Below are positions 29,034 through 39,572 of a DNA stretch of 64,000 bases, piece by piece. The number at the start of each line of letters is the position of its first letter. Positions within the stretch are counted from its first letter, which is position 1. The DNA lies in assembly GCA_963807165.1 (NCBI GenBank), contig CAWDZM010000001.1:577471-641470 (forward strand). The letters run 5' to 3'. The DNA comes from an uncultured bacterium (GTDB taxonomy: Bacteria; Patescibacteriota; Minisyncoccia; UBA6257; 2-01-FULL-56-20). The notes under the pieces are model-generated. The model was not told the origin of the DNA. It did not search any database and worked only from the letters and a program-made list of their open reading frames with translations. Made by a program: the position numbers and the translations under genes.

Positions 29034-30003
29034 TCAGCAGTACGGTACGCTGTTCCGGCAAGCGAATTCCAGAACGTCAGCCCCGTGGCCGGTGGAGGCC
29101 AACAAAAAGAATTTCATCCGCAGCTTGTTGGAGTATTCCGCTTCAGGCCAGTTTCTTGATAGAATGAGTAGCAAGATACTCCGGTAGCAGCACCCGTAGG
29201 GAAACTCTTCCGGCTTGAGTAAGATGCGTGCCACCGGTACCCGGTGCAACCCAGATACCCACTGTTCATATTTGTCGCAGTAATGAACGCGAGGTCGTAA
29301 AGAAGAGTGCGAGTGGCAGAAAAATATCCATTTAAGCAAAAGTATTCCACCACTTGCCAAAGCTATTATCAAATTTGGAAATACGTAAGTAAGCCATGCG
29401 AGAGGGAGGATAATAAGCAAAACCAGCGTAAGGATCGCGAATGATAAGCAAGGTCAAACAGAGGAAAGTGAAAGCGATACGACCGGAAAAAATCACATCA
29501 AAAAACATTGCCATCGTCATTTGCCAAAGAGTATTTGCAGATTGTTGCGCTGCGGACGCATTCAGCGCCGCTGCTGCATTCGCCGCCGCCGCGTTACAAA
29601 ATGGATAACGCCCGTGTTCCCAGTGGCGGCTGCGTTATTAAGGAGCGTGACTATCTGCTCCAGCGATCTGCGCCGATTGATTTACTTGCGATGCCCGGCA
29701 CCATCAGCTGTGGAGCGAATGCTTGCACCATTGTTTCGGCGTATCCTTCATATCCAGCCACGCTCATTGAGCCCGGACTTGTGGCGTTGACGAAATAAGT
29801 ACTCGAATGCTGGCGAAGCTGACGATCGGTGCGGTAATGACAAGGCCAAAGTTCACTAAAATCGCCATAAAGACCAATTTCCATAAAAGCTGTTTCATTC
29901 CATAAGTTTGATTCCGAAGGATGGTGGCGATCGCGATAATGATAATACCGAGCACAAACCCAAGATTTGCGATTGCGAGCGAAACAGAAAATCCAGTTTG
30001 CAT
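29034..30003 (-). pseudogene. decayed polytopic membrane-protein gene(s), VirB6/TrbL-like and pilin-like TM hairpins, broken into at least 4 frames
   Basis: ORFs 29764..30003, 29651..29884, 29332..29520 and 29034..29420 each carry strongly hydrophobic helices (for example GFSVSLAIANLGFVLGIIIIAIATIL) in consecutive, different frames. Confidence 0.35.
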
Positions 30004-30440
30004 TCGGGGGAATTAAAAATATTATCGTTAAATTGAAGCCCTAACTTAACAAGCCAAGCGCCGATACTGACAACAACTCCCATATCGCCATTTACGATGA
30101 GTGATACATAAAAAACAGAGCAAGTTGCGGGATTTAAGTGAATCATAGAGGCACGGGGTTTGTTGAGGGGCTGTTCCGGCGCCTGCCGGTGGATCCGACT
30201 ACCGGTGTTGCTGCGCGAGCCAGTTGAGCCTGCCGCAGGAGTGGTAGCGGCAGGAATGGATGTCCCGGGCAGAGAGAGTGTTTGTAGTGGAACGGTGGGT
30301 ATAGTAAATCCGGAACCACCCCCCGTCGTTTCTTGTGCGTGTGCAATATTAATCTTCGTCGCCATTCCCGCCGGCGCGAAAAGCAAAAACAGCGCCGCAC
30401 CAATGACTAATATTTTTTTGTAATGGTTTTTATATGCCAT
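29895..30440 (-). CDS. signal-peptide protein with a Thr/Gly-rich linker; its C-terminal half looks out of frame and may continue into the 29764..30003 TM hairpin (second VirB2-like pilin?)
   Basis: MAYKNHYKKILVIGAALFLLFAPAGMATKINIAHAQETTGGGSGF... is a clear signal peptide; the downstream frame has paired TM helices. Confidence 0.35.
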   Translation of the reverse strand: MAYKNHYKKILVIGAALFLLFAPAGMATKINIAHAQETTGGGSGFTIPTVPLQTLSLPGTSIPAATTPAAGSTGSRSNTGSRIHRQAPEQPLNKPRASMIHLNPATCSVFYVSLIVNGDMGVVVSIGAWLVKLGLQFNDNIFNSPECKLDFLFRSQSQILGLCSVLSLSRSPPSFGIKLME

Positions 30441-31224
30441 AAAGAACGCACGTTATGTTGCACGGTAACGGTACAGATCGACGGGGATCACTTGCTGAAT
30501 CGGTAAGGGTAACGTTATACGTCCCCGGGGTGGCGAAGATGTCGGAGAAGAACGCCCCAGTACCCGTTACCCCGTTGGAATCGGACCAGGAATAAGTGGG
30601 CGGATTGCCATTTACGTCAAACGTGCCGCCAGTGGCGGAAATGGAGGTCGGGGAAGTGCCGGAGGCATTCGTGCTACTAGCAAGAGCCATAGTGCTTGTG
30701 GTGTTGAGATAAGAAGTGCCATTGCCAGCCGTTGGGGAGGGGATGGTTTGTGATGATGGATTACATGCGAGCGGGATCGAGGAAACAGTTCCGGCGGTAG
30801 CGCTGGTGCTACTAGCGAGACCTGCCAGATTTGCAGGGGGCGGAGTCGCTCCGGCTGTGATACTCGAGCCATTATTAAGAGAGCTAAGACTCTGATTTAC
30901 TAACTGATTCGCTGCGTTGACTGCGGTACTTGCCAAGCTCGTCATAAGAGAATTAAGTACCGCATTTAATACTCCAGTGATATCATTCGCTGCCGCAACT
31001 TGTTGCGGGGTTGCATTGATGGCGCCTTGGAAAACAAACCCGGTAGCGGCGGCAGGAGTAGTGACGGTAGGCTGAGAGCCATTTGCACAGAGACCGTTAT
31101 TAGATTCCGTGACAGGAACCATCCCTTGACTGCATGTCCCAGCCGCAGGCATTAAGTAATCATTTGTATCGCCGCCTTCGCACATGAAGCGAGTCCCATT
31201 AGGATTACTGCCGTCGCTACACAC
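30430..31224 (-). CDS. secreted Ser/Thr/Asn-rich, Cys-containing hypothetical protein
   Basis: 264 aa; low-complexity S/T/N/G composition with 8 Cys; overlaps neighbouring genes (operon). Confidence 0.45.
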   Translation of the reverse strand: MCSDGSNPNGTRFMCEGGDTNDYLMPAAGTCSQGMVPVTESNNGLCANGSQPTVTTPAAATGFVFQGAINATPQQVAAANDITGVLNAVLNSLMTSLASTAVNAANQLVNQSLSSLNNGSSITAGATPPPANLAGLASSTSATAGTVSSIPLACNPSSQTIPSPTAGNGTSYLNTTSTMALASSTNASGTSPTSISATGGTFDVNGNPPTYSWSDSNGVTGTGAFFSDIFATPGTYNVTLTDSASDPRRSVPLPCNITCVLYGI

Positions 31225-31259
31225 TTGGTCTCCACTGAGCCCATTAGATGTCTGAGCTT

Positions 31260-32435
31260 TTAATTGGCTTGCTCCTTGTTGAGTTGATAAGCAAATTGAA
31301 CTGTTTGAGCATTAAAGAATAGATTCCCATAGGGATTCCCGCTAGGAAGCGTGCTTGCGCCAAATGCAATGAATCCACCATTCTTAAAATTATTATAGAA
31401 TTGCTGGAAACTGTTTGAGCCGAGTGCCGCCGCGAATTGATTTGCGCAAGCATTACTCCCGGGCTTATAAAAAGCATTAAGGGTAATTTTTTCTTGTCCT
31501 ATAAAGGCGGGGAAGGTACAGCCGTTTGGATCGAATAAGGTGTTAATAGAGTTGAGTGCGCTTGTCTGGGCGGCATCCACTAATTGAGTCCCCCAATTAG
31601 TGATGAATCGCGGAGCGCCACTGCCATTTATCCATGCAACCACTTCTCGTTGGATGATCGCGATGAGTGTATTTCTAAGTATTTGTAGTAAGGTGTTTTT
31701 AAGTAACGCCTCAAGCCTCTGCCCCATATTTTGTACATGGATACTGGAGATAAGGGAAAATAAGGAGGCGCTGGTCCCGACTTGTTGGGCGTGAGCAGTC
31801 AGGTTAAGTTGCAGATTAGCGTTTTGCTCAGGTAGCTGAATACTATCAAGGGCTGAGTTCTGTTGGACCACCGCAGGTATTTGTACGGTGGTATATGGTG
31901 TTTCTAATATAGGGTCACTCACTATCAATTGTGCATGAGCTTGTTGTATGCCGAATGTGCCATTAAGTAGAGATAGAAGCATCCCTTGGGGGCTTGGTTG
32001 GGTTTGTTGAAGAGATAAGGTTTCATTCGTAAGGCTCTGCGCCTGATTTAAGAAATTTGTTTCAACGGAATCGAATCTGGCATCTTCCACTTGAAAAACA
32101 ATAGTCGCCCTTACCGGGTCGGTTTGAGCGAGATTGTAGAGAGGGATGAGATTTTTTTCATACAACAGATCGGCCACTAAACTTTTTTGATATGCCACGG
32201 CTGGTGTCGGAATTTTTAATGCAGTGACATCCTGAAGCGCACTGGTCACCTGCGACTCCAAATAATTTAGATCGCCCACGCTGGTATCGCCAGTCTGGTC
32301 GCTCATGATACTTTGCACCTGCGTATCGCTGTCAAGGTGGCTGTTCATAATATCATTCAATGCGTTGCTATAATTAGTCAGCGCTTCGGCGCTTGAAGTC
32401 ACAACAACTGTCAAGGGGATTGATCGCAACCTCAA
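31260..32435 (-). CDS. Gln/Asn/Leu-rich hypothetical protein (possible extracellular structural component)
   Basis: 391 aa; its ATG overlaps the upstream stop (ATGA coupling). Confidence 0.45.
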   Translation of the reverse strand: MRLRSIPLTVVVTSSAEALTNYSNALNDIMNSHLDSDTQVQSIMSDQTGDTSVGDLNYLESQVTSALQDVTALKIPTPAVAYQKSLVADLLYEKNLIPLYNLAQTDPVRATIVFQVEDARFDSVETNFLNQAQSLTNETLSLQQTQPSPQGMLLSLLNGTFGIQQAHAQLIVSDPILETPYTTVQIPAVVQQNSALDSIQLPEQNANLQLNLTAHAQQVGTSASLFSLISSIHVQNMGQRLEALLKNTLLQILRNTLIAIIQREVVAWINGSGAPRFITNWGTQLVDAAQTSALNSINTLFDPNGCTFPAFIGQEKITLNAFYKPGSNACANQFAAALGSNSFQQFYNNFKNGGFIAFGASTLPSGNPYGNLFFNAQTVQFAYQLNKEQAN

Positions 32436-32689
32436 GATCCCAGTCGGGAACCGGAGTTTTCAGTGCTCGTGGCATCGCCAATATTTGTGGCAATAGCATT
32501 CACGTCCGGAGAATTGAATGTCGGATTTCCATTGGCATCAGTCCCAGTCGGACCATTAGGATTAGCTGCAACCACGCCATTTACGAATTTTGCCGCAACG
32601 TCATCAGTAAGGTTACTCGGATTGGTGGAGCTGACGAACATTGTTGATGACGTAAGCTCCGGCGCAAACGCAGCGGCAACTTGCTCCAC
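32432..32689 (-). CDS. small hypothetical protein with GTG start; first gene of the coupled set
   Basis: 85 aa; the in-frame upstream region has an Arg6 run and no ATG. Confidence 0.35.
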   Translation of the reverse strand: MEQVAAAFAPELTSSTMFVSSTNPSNLTDDVAAKFVNGVVAANPNGPTGTDANGNPTFNSPDVNAIATNIGDATSTENSGSRLGS

Positions 32690-32973
32690 TTGAGCCTGGG
32701 TGGGAATGAACGCATTCGTGCCATCCGCCCCCGCGATGGCTGCGCTAACGCCATTGATTGATCGCTGTGCACTGTTTCGTCTCCGCCGCCGACGTAATAT
32801 TTGTGAGCGAAAAGATCAGCCCAGAACAGACCGCGGCGGTCGCCAAGATAAGGAATCCAGTGATCAATTTCTTGACATCTATCATTAACTTGAATTATAA
32901 CCCCGAAATAAAGCGCACGCTATGGGGTTATCCCCAGTTAATCCAGAAAATCTGCGCGCGCGATGGCGACACC

Positions 32974-33996
32974 TTATCCCTTTTTTGAAACAAGCGCCAG
33001 AACGAGCCCGACGACCCTGTTTTTGTCTTTCGGATCGCTTTCTGCCACAAGGATGGTGAGTGCGGTAAGCGCAGGCGGTGTAAGGCGCGCGGTGTCCAAG
33101 ATCTTCGCTTGGCGCAAAAACCAGACGAACGCATATGCCCCGCTCCGCTTATTTCCATCCACGAACGGATGGTTTTTCACCATAAAATACAGTAGATGAG
33201 CTGCCTTTTCCTCCACGCTCCCATAGAGCTCCTTTCCACCAAAAGATTGCATGACATTTCCCACGATACCGGCAACATTCCCCCGCTCACGTTCGGCGCC
33301 AAAATGTTCTGTAGCCTCGCCTTTTTGTACGAGCGCCAATTTTAACTTCGCTAAGCTGCTTTTAAGTTTCTCCGCAGTGATTGCCACACGTTTTCTTATG
33401 GCACCCTTGGTGGGGAGGGCATCTTTGTCATACGCATCGAGCGAAAGCCATGTACTGGCAAAGAGATTTATGAGCTCAAGGATGCTTCCCGTATCGATCG
33501 CAGCGGCAGCGGGCAAAAGTTTCTTGACCGCGTCAACGGCTTCCAAAAATTGCCCATAATTTTTGGCTATGCGTTGCTTATTGATGGCGTATCCCTCAAC
33601 GATATATTGGTGGAGCGTTTTCGTGGCCCAGCGGCGGAATTCTATTGCACGCTGAGAATTCGCACGATAGCCAACCGCAAGGATAATATCAAGATTGTAG
33701 AATTGAACCTGATACGTTTTTCCATCTTCGGCAGTATGTGCAAAATTTGCACATACTGAAGATCCATCCAGTTCTTTGTCTTTCAAAATGTTACGGATGT
33801 GCTTTGTCGCCACAGAACGTTCAAGCTCGAATAAATCTGCTATCTGCGCTTGTGTCGCCCAGATGGTTTGTTTTTGAACATCCTTTCTTAACTCAAGAGC
33901 TCCGGATTTCCCCTGATAAATAACGACATCATTTTTTATATCTTTCTTTTTCATTCTTGTAGTCCTTATGTTAATATTTCTCAGTTGGATACTCAA
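32974..33996 (-). CDS. RhuM-family N-terminal domain fused to a Fic/Doc domain (HPFVDGNKR motif); putative toxin/AMPylator
   Basis: N-terminal ...IWATQAQIADLFELERSVATKHIRNI... (RhuM-like) and C-terminal HPFVDGNKRSGAYAFVWFL (Fic motif). Probable start MKKKDIKNDVV at ~33953. Confidence 0.7.
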   Translation of the reverse strand: MSIQLRNINIRTTRMKKKDIKNDVVIYQGKSGALELRKDVQKQTIWATQAQIADLFELERSVATKHIRNILKDKELDGSSVCANFAHTAEDGKTYQVQFYNLDIILAVGYRANSQRAIEFRRWATKTLHQYIVEGYAINKQRIAKNYGQFLEAVDAVKKLLPAAAAIDTGSILELINLFASTWLSLDAYDKDALPTKGAIRKRVAITAEKLKSSLAKLKLALVQKGEATEHFGAERERGNVAGIVGNVMQSFGGKELYGSVEEKAAHLLYFMVKNHPFVDGNKRSGAYAFVWFLRQAKILDTARLTPPALTALTILVAESDPKDKNRVVGLVLALVSKKG

Positions 33997-34813
33997 TAAA
34001 TATATTTTTTGCTATAGCAATGATTTGTCCGATATTGAGGTTTTGCGGCCGCGCGACCGGATCAATGCCGATCTTTTTGAGCTGCTCTATAATATCGCCC
34101 TTCGCGCGAGTTTCGCTCGCTGATGATGACAGGTTGTTAAGGAGTGTTTTTCTTGGCTGGGCGAAAATGCCGCGTACCGCTCTATAATAGAGCGCCGCGT
34201 CGATAGCGGGGGCTCCATCCAGGATGGCTGGCGTCGTATCCGGTGTCGCTATTGCGTAGAATTCTTTATTTTCCAGCAAAATGACTGCCGAATCCACTTC
34301 CGGCGGCGGAGAAAAATCTTTGCGTGGCACGTGCGCGATGATCGTGGCGTTCGCCCAGAACTGTACGCTTGCGGCGAGGCGGTTCATCTCCGGCGGCGCG
34401 GCGCAGATACGCTCCGCTACTTCTTTTTGAATGAGCAACGCCACGCGCTTCGGTTTCTGATCGAGCTCGCTTATCACGCGCAATAAATGCCCGGTAATAT
34501 AGTAGGGAATATTTCCAACGATCTTCGTCGCCGGAAATTTCGGCAACAGCTTCAGCGCGTCCCCTTCTATAATATTAATATTCACATCCGCATTCGTCGC
34601 GAGCGTTTTTAAATCTTCTATCAGCGCATGATCTTTTTCAATGCAAGTAATTTCGCAATGCTTGTTGTGTGCCGCCGCCGCGAGCGGCGTCGTGAGCTCG
34701 CCATGCCCGGGGCCGATCTCTATCACGCAATCGCCATCCTCGAGCGCGAGCGCCCCCACGATTTTTTCTAAGACAGCAGTGTTCCTCAAAAAGTGTTGTC
34801 CGAGTTTTTGCAT
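33971..34813 (-). CDS. rsmA: 16S rRNA (adenine1518/1519-N6)-dimethyltransferase RsmA/KsgA
   Basis: QHFLRNTAVLEKIV, SAM-binding VIEIGPGHGELT, 280 aa. Confidence 0.85.
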   Translation of the reverse strand: MQKLGQHFLRNTAVLEKIVGALALEDGDCVIEIGPGHGELTTPLAAAAHNKHCEITCIEKDHALIEDLKTLATNADVNINIIEGDALKLLPKFPATKIVGNIPYYITGHLLRVISELDQKPKRVALLIQKEVAERICAAPPEMNRLAASVQFWANATIIAHVPRKDFSPPPEVDSAVILLENKEFYAIATPDTTPAILDGAPAIDAALYYRAVRGIFAQPRKTLLNNLSSSASETRAKGDIIEQLKKIGIDPVARPQNLNIGQIIAIAKNIFIEYPTEKY

Positions 34814-34842
34814 AGGAATATTTTTATATTGGTTGAGTGTAA

Positions 34843-36772
34843 TTAATCAAGTGTCACAAACCGTTCATATCCTTCGCCATGCGGCTCGTCGTCGTAATCA
34901 CTTCCCGCATCACGCCAGTGTCCGGCACTATTCGATCCATCGCTCGCAAGGAGCGTGATGCAATCTTCCGGGATCTCATTCACAAACCGCGATGGGATTC
35001 CATAAAAACTCAAGTATAAATTTTTCCTCGCGCGGGTCATCGCAACGTACATTAAGCGGCGTTCTTCTTCAAGTGCGTTCTCATCATCGAGCGATCGGCC
35101 GTGCGGCAGCAGCCCTTCCGCGACGCCGGCAATAAACACCGAATCAAACTCGAGCCCTTTCGCCAAATGAATTGTCATCAGATTGACCTCTCTCCCGTCA
35201 ACAGGCTTGTTCCCTATCTCATCGGCCGCCTGCAAGAGGCTTAAACGCTCAAGCAATTCATCCAGACTCTTAAAATCGGTTGCGAACGTGATGAGCTCTG
35301 CGATGTTTTCCTCACGCTCATCGGCATTCACAAAGTTTGATTCAAGGTACTCAAAGTAACCGAACGTTTCCAAAAATAATTTAAGCGCCGCGAGCGGCGC
35401 AATCGCCGGGCGAGCGCCAGCCGGAGCAGTAATATCTTCGGCGGCAAGCTGCATCGCCTGTACTTGTATTTTAAACTCCGCAAAGCGCCGCTTGGTAAGA
35501 TTCTTTTCCAAGCGTTCGCGCGCGGGCTCATCCTTTGCATTCGAAATATAGCGCAACGCCGACACCGCATCTTTTATTTCACGCCGTTCATAAAATTTCA
35601 AACCACCAAAAATTCGATACGGAATATTGTTACGGATGAGCGCTTGCTCGATCGCGCGCGACTGCGCGTTTGTCCGATATAAAATTCCAATATCCGCATC
35701 CTTGTCGCGCTCGCGCAACGAATAAATTTGTCTGCGCGATCCATTCCGCTTCTTCGTTCTCGCCCCACGCTTCGAAGAGGACGATGGGATCGCCATCCGG
35801 ATTTTGCGTCCATAAATTTTTCGGCGTGCGGAATCGATTATGTTTTGCCACAGCCGCCGCCGCGCGAATGATGATTCCCGTCGAGCGATAATTTTCTTCC
35901 AAAAAGTGCACGCTCGCCCCTTTCCACTCTTTATCAAAATTTAAAAACGTTTTTATATCCGCGTAGCGCCAACTATAAATTGTTTGCTCATCATCCCCCA
36001 CCACGCTCAAGTTACGATGTTCGCCTGCCAATAAAGAAACCAACTCATATTGTTTTGGATTGATATCCTGGTACTCATCCACAAGGATCGCATCAAACAT
36101 CCGCTGATATTTTTTCAACACCTCCGGATGGGTTTTTAATATCAACACTGTTTTCTCGATCAAGTCATCAAAATCGAACGCATTGTTCCGCTCGAGTGCC
36201 GCTTCATATTTTTCAAACACGTGCCGCACCTGCGCTTCCTTATCTACGTTTGGCCGTGCCTCCGGCAATAATTTCCCTAGGTTCTTCAACTCGGAGATCT
36301 TCTTAGCAAAATACACCGGCGTATCTTTCTTGTTCTTTTTGGCCAGGATGCCGTCATCCTCGTCCTCCTTCTTTGGTGGCAAGACGGCTTTGACCGCTTT
36401 TTTGACCAGATCGAACGAATCGTGGTCGTCAAAAATGGCAAAATTGATGTCCCGGCCCACTAGCCGACATTCCTTTCGGAGAATTTTAGCCCCCAAGGAG
36501 TGGAAAGTCCCCAAAAACGGGCCAGTTCTATTGACGCGCTTAGCCATCTCTTTGGCCGCCTTATTAGTAAAGGTGATAGAGCAGATTCGCTCCGGAGGGG
36601 TTCCCGTCTCTATTAAATGAATAATCCGGCTGGTTAAGGTCTTGGTTTTGCCCGTTCCAGCACCCGCCACTATTAATAGAGGGACACCCGGAGCGTGGGC
36701 GGCGGCGTCCTGGGCAGCGTTAAGGGGCGGTTGCCCGGCGACTTTGCCAACTGGTTGAGATTTAGGGGTCAT
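34843..36772 (-). CDS. uvrD: UvrD/PcrA-family DNA helicase, interrupted by a +1 frameshift near 35721-35740 (ORFs 35630..36772 and 34843..35937)
   Basis: N-terminal ORF: Walker A AGAGTGKTKTLT, DEYQD. The other frame continues exactly as expected: ...EAEWIAQ | QIYSLRERDKDADIGILYRTNAQSRAIEQ.... Confidence 0.8.
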
Positions 36773-36837
36773 TATGCTATCATAAAGGTATTAGTACGAC
36801 TATCGAAAAGCTTAATAAAGATTACAAGCCATTAACT

Positions 36838-37329
36838 GTGGCTGTTTTTTTGGCGATCGGCGGATTGTTGGGCGGACTCCTTTGGAGCTCCCTTTTTAGT
36901 TCAAATCCGGCGGGGATGGTCCAAGAGCGAAGAGTTCAGGGTGGACCGTCGCTTATCCCCCAGGCTCAGGGTGCGGAGATCGATAGTGCAGCCCTTATGC
37001 CGCAAAGCGCTCCGTTCCTTGCCTCTGCCAACACCAACGGGCAGGCCGTCCATTCTGCAGAAAATGTGGATGTACTCTATGGCCAGGCCGCCTTTAGGGA
37101 TGCCGAGCCAGTGCAAAAGACCAAGACGGTCGCGTTTGTCGCAAGTGGTACCCAGTCGACGCCCGCCTCCGGCATCATTTATCAGGTTGCCGCGGGAGAA
37201 ACTATCCAGTCCATCTCCACTTCATTCGGCGTGCCTATCAGTATGATAGTCGAATTTAACCCATCGGTAAATTTTTCATCACTCATCCCCGGTGTATCGA
37301 TCGTCATCCCCGGCCAAAACGACCTTTAG
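36838..37329 (+). CDS. LysM-domain membrane-anchored protein
   Basis: N-terminal TM, C-terminal LysM YQVAAGETIQSISTSFGVPISMIVEFNP. Confidence 0.7.
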   Translation: MAVFLAIGGLLGGLLWSSLFSSNPAGMVQERRVQGGPSLIPQAQGAEIDSAALMPQSAPFLASANTNGQAVHSAENVDVLYGQAAFRDAEPVQKTKTVAFVASGTQSTPASGIIYQVAAGETIQSISTSFGVPISMIVEFNPSVNFSSLIPGVSIVIPGQNDL

Positions 37330-38894
37330 AATATTTCTCTTAGCCGATAACTAAATGCTTCCGCGAGGTGTTCAGATGACACCTCATTTTTTTCTTCAAG
37401 ATCGGCGATCGTACGCGCGACCTTGAGCAATCGGTAATACCCGCGCGGGGAAAGGTGTCCGGCATTCAGGGCTTCTAAAAAATCGCGCGCGCTCGGGTCG
37501 AGCATAGTTAACCCCTGCGCCTCGCGTGAGCTAAGCTCCGCGTTTAATTTTTTATATCGCGCTAACTGCGTTTCTCGTGCTCGCGTGATACGCTTTTTGA
37601 TCACGTCGCCTTCTTTTTCTTCCACTCCTTCGCTTACCCCGCTTCTTTCCGTTGGCATCTTACGCAATTCTTCTATCGCTACACGACCAACTTTTATTTG
37701 TAGATCGATACGATCAAGGAGCGGGCCAGAAATCCTTTTTTGATATTTTATAATTTCATATGCAGAACATTTACAATCCTTTTCTGTATCGCCATAAAAA
37801 CCGCATGGGCACGGATTCATCGCGGCGACCAAAATAAATTTTGCGGGGAATATGACGCTTTGTTTTGTGCGTGCGAGCTGTACAATGCCAGCTTCGAGCG
37901 GCTGACGCAACGCCTCGAGCGCGTTCTTTTGGAATTCCGGTAGCTCATCAAGGAATAGCACTCCGTTATGCGCAAGGCTGATTTCTCCCGGATGCGGATC
38001 CGCTCCCCCGCCGATAAGGGCCGTGATTGATGCGGTATGATGCGGCGCGCGAAACGGCCGTTCACAAATAAGCCCGCCAGGACTGAGCCCTGCGGCGCTC
38101 CATATCTTTGTTGTCTCAATCGCCTCCGATGTCGTGAGGTTCGGCATAATACCTGCGAGTGCATGGGAAAGAAATGTCTTTCCTACGCCTGGCGGCCCGA
38201 AGAGCAAAATATTATGTTGCCCCGCGGCGGCGATCGTGAGGGCTCGCTTCGCATTCTCTTGCCCAACGATCTCGGAAATATTTGCGCCGGTAATCGCGGG
38301 GTGGTGCTCCCCTGCTATAAACTGCGCAGGTGCTCGATCTAATTTCCCCTCAAGAATAGCGAGCGCTTCACGAAGATCTTCTAACGGAATAACTTTGATC
38401 TCCGTGATTGCCGCCGCTTCATTCGCATTCTCCCGTGGAAGAAATAAATAATTGAATCCTTCGCGCGCTGCTTTTTGAGCGATATTGAGCGCGCCACTCA
38501 CCGGACGTAATCGCCCATCAAGCGCGAGCTCGCCAAGAAATAGTTTATCCCCGCAGAAAAATTCTTTTATCTGCTTTGTCGCAAGAAGATATCCAAGCGC
38601 GATCGCAAGATCATAGTGCGAGCCCGTCTTTTTTATATCCGCCGGCGCGAGATTGATGGTAATCTTTCGGTTCTCGCGATTCGGCGGTTTGATTCCAGAA
38701 TTTTTCAGCGCCGAGTTGACGCGTTCCTTCGCTTCGTTGAGCGACCGATCTCCGAGCCCAACGATATTGAACGAGTGTAACCCAACATTGATATCAGCTT
38801 CGACCTCGATAATTTTTGCGTCAATCCCCTCAAGCGCCGCCGAATACAATCGCCCCAATTTTTTAGACATGAGAACACTATACACATCACACAT
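37326..38894 (-). CDS. comM: YifB/ComM-family Mg-chelatase-like AAA+ ATPase
   Basis: Lon-like N-terminal domain, Walker A LLFGPPGVGKT, Cys cluster NPCPCGFYGDTEKDCKC, 522 aa. Confidence 0.85.
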   Translation of the reverse strand: MCDVYSVLMSKKLGRLYSAALEGIDAKIIEVEADINVGLHSFNIVGLGDRSLNEAKERVNSALKNSGIKPPNRENRKITINLAPADIKKTGSHYDLAIALGYLLATKQIKEFFCGDKLFLGELALDGRLRPVSGALNIAQKAAREGFNYLFLPRENANEAAAITEIKVIPLEDLREALAILEGKLDRAPAQFIAGEHHPAITGANISEIVGQENAKRALTIAAAGQHNILLFGPPGVGKTFLSHALAGIMPNLTTSEAIETTKIWSAAGLSPGGLICERPFRAPHHTASITALIGGGADPHPGEISLAHNGVLFLDELPEFQKNALEALRQPLEAGIVQLARTKQSVIFPAKFILVAAMNPCPCGFYGDTEKDCKCSAYEIIKYQKRISGPLLDRIDLQIKVGRVAIEELRKMPTERSGVSEGVEEKEGDVIKKRITRARETQLARYKKLNAELSSREAQGLTMLDPSARDFLEALNAGHLSPRGYYRLLKVARTIADLEEKNEVSSEHLAEAFSYRLREIF

Positions 38895-38948
38895 TAAAGA
38901 AATCTAAAACAGCCACCTCCGAAGAGATGGCTGTTTTAGATTCTACAT

Positions 38949-39341
38949 TTAGATCGCTAATTTACATGCTTTGCAAAAACGGGATTCAGGATCGATAGAA
39001 AGAATTTCTTCTTCGATCGGCTTCCCGCATTTTTCACAAACGCCATAGGTTCCCGATTGGATTTTGCTTAGTGCAATATCAACCTCGCTCAGGCGGTCCT
39101 TCAGATCCGCCGCCGCGGCGAGCTGATCCCCTACCTGCTCAGACTTATCACTCTCTTCGTCGCCATGATCGACGTCGCTTCCAAAATCAACGGGTTTTTC
39201 TTCGCTTACGATCTCCTTCATGAGGAGTGTCCGCTCCTTCTCCAGTTTTATTTTATATTCTTTTAATTGGTCTTGGTTCATAGTCATATAAGAATAATGC
39301 GGCAAGCTAATAAAGGCAATGGGTTTGTCGACCGGGTTCAC
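38949..39341 (-). CDS. dksA: DksA/TraR-family C4 zinc-finger protein; the probable true start is the internal ATG (MTMNQD, ~39290) because the GTG at 39341 sits inside a hairpin loop with no usable SD spacing
   Basis: C-terminal CEKCGKPIEE...CKAC tetracysteine and a coiled-coil N-terminus. Confidence 0.7.
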   Translation of the reverse strand: MNPVDKPIAFISLPHYSYMTMNQDQLKEYKIKLEKERTLLMKEIVSEEKPVDFGSDVDHGDEESDKSEQVGDQLAAAADLKDRLSEVDIALSKIQSGTYGVCEKCGKPIEEEILSIDPESRFCKACKLAI

Positions 39342-39375
39342 CCTCCGGGATGGTCGACAAACTCATTGCCTTTAT
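39310..39375. repeat. 24-bp near-perfect inverted repeat (large hairpin) in the dksA 5' region
   Basis: ataaaggcaatgggtttgtcgacc (39310-39333) pairs with ggtcgacaaactcattgcctttat (39352-39375) with 1 mismatch; 18-nt loop. Confidence 0.55.
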
Positions 39376-39572
39376 CAACTTGCCTATTATATGACAATGA
39401 TATCAAAAGAGATGGGGATAGGTATTTCAAACTATCCCGTAGGGTGAGCCCGGTTTTTGGATGCCCATCCTTCTCTCCTGCATCTTTTGCAGGATTGCAG
39501 GATTAAATCAAAATTAATCCGGAAAAACCCGATAAGCCCATAAAACCTAGTGTTAAACAAAATTGTTTTTCA

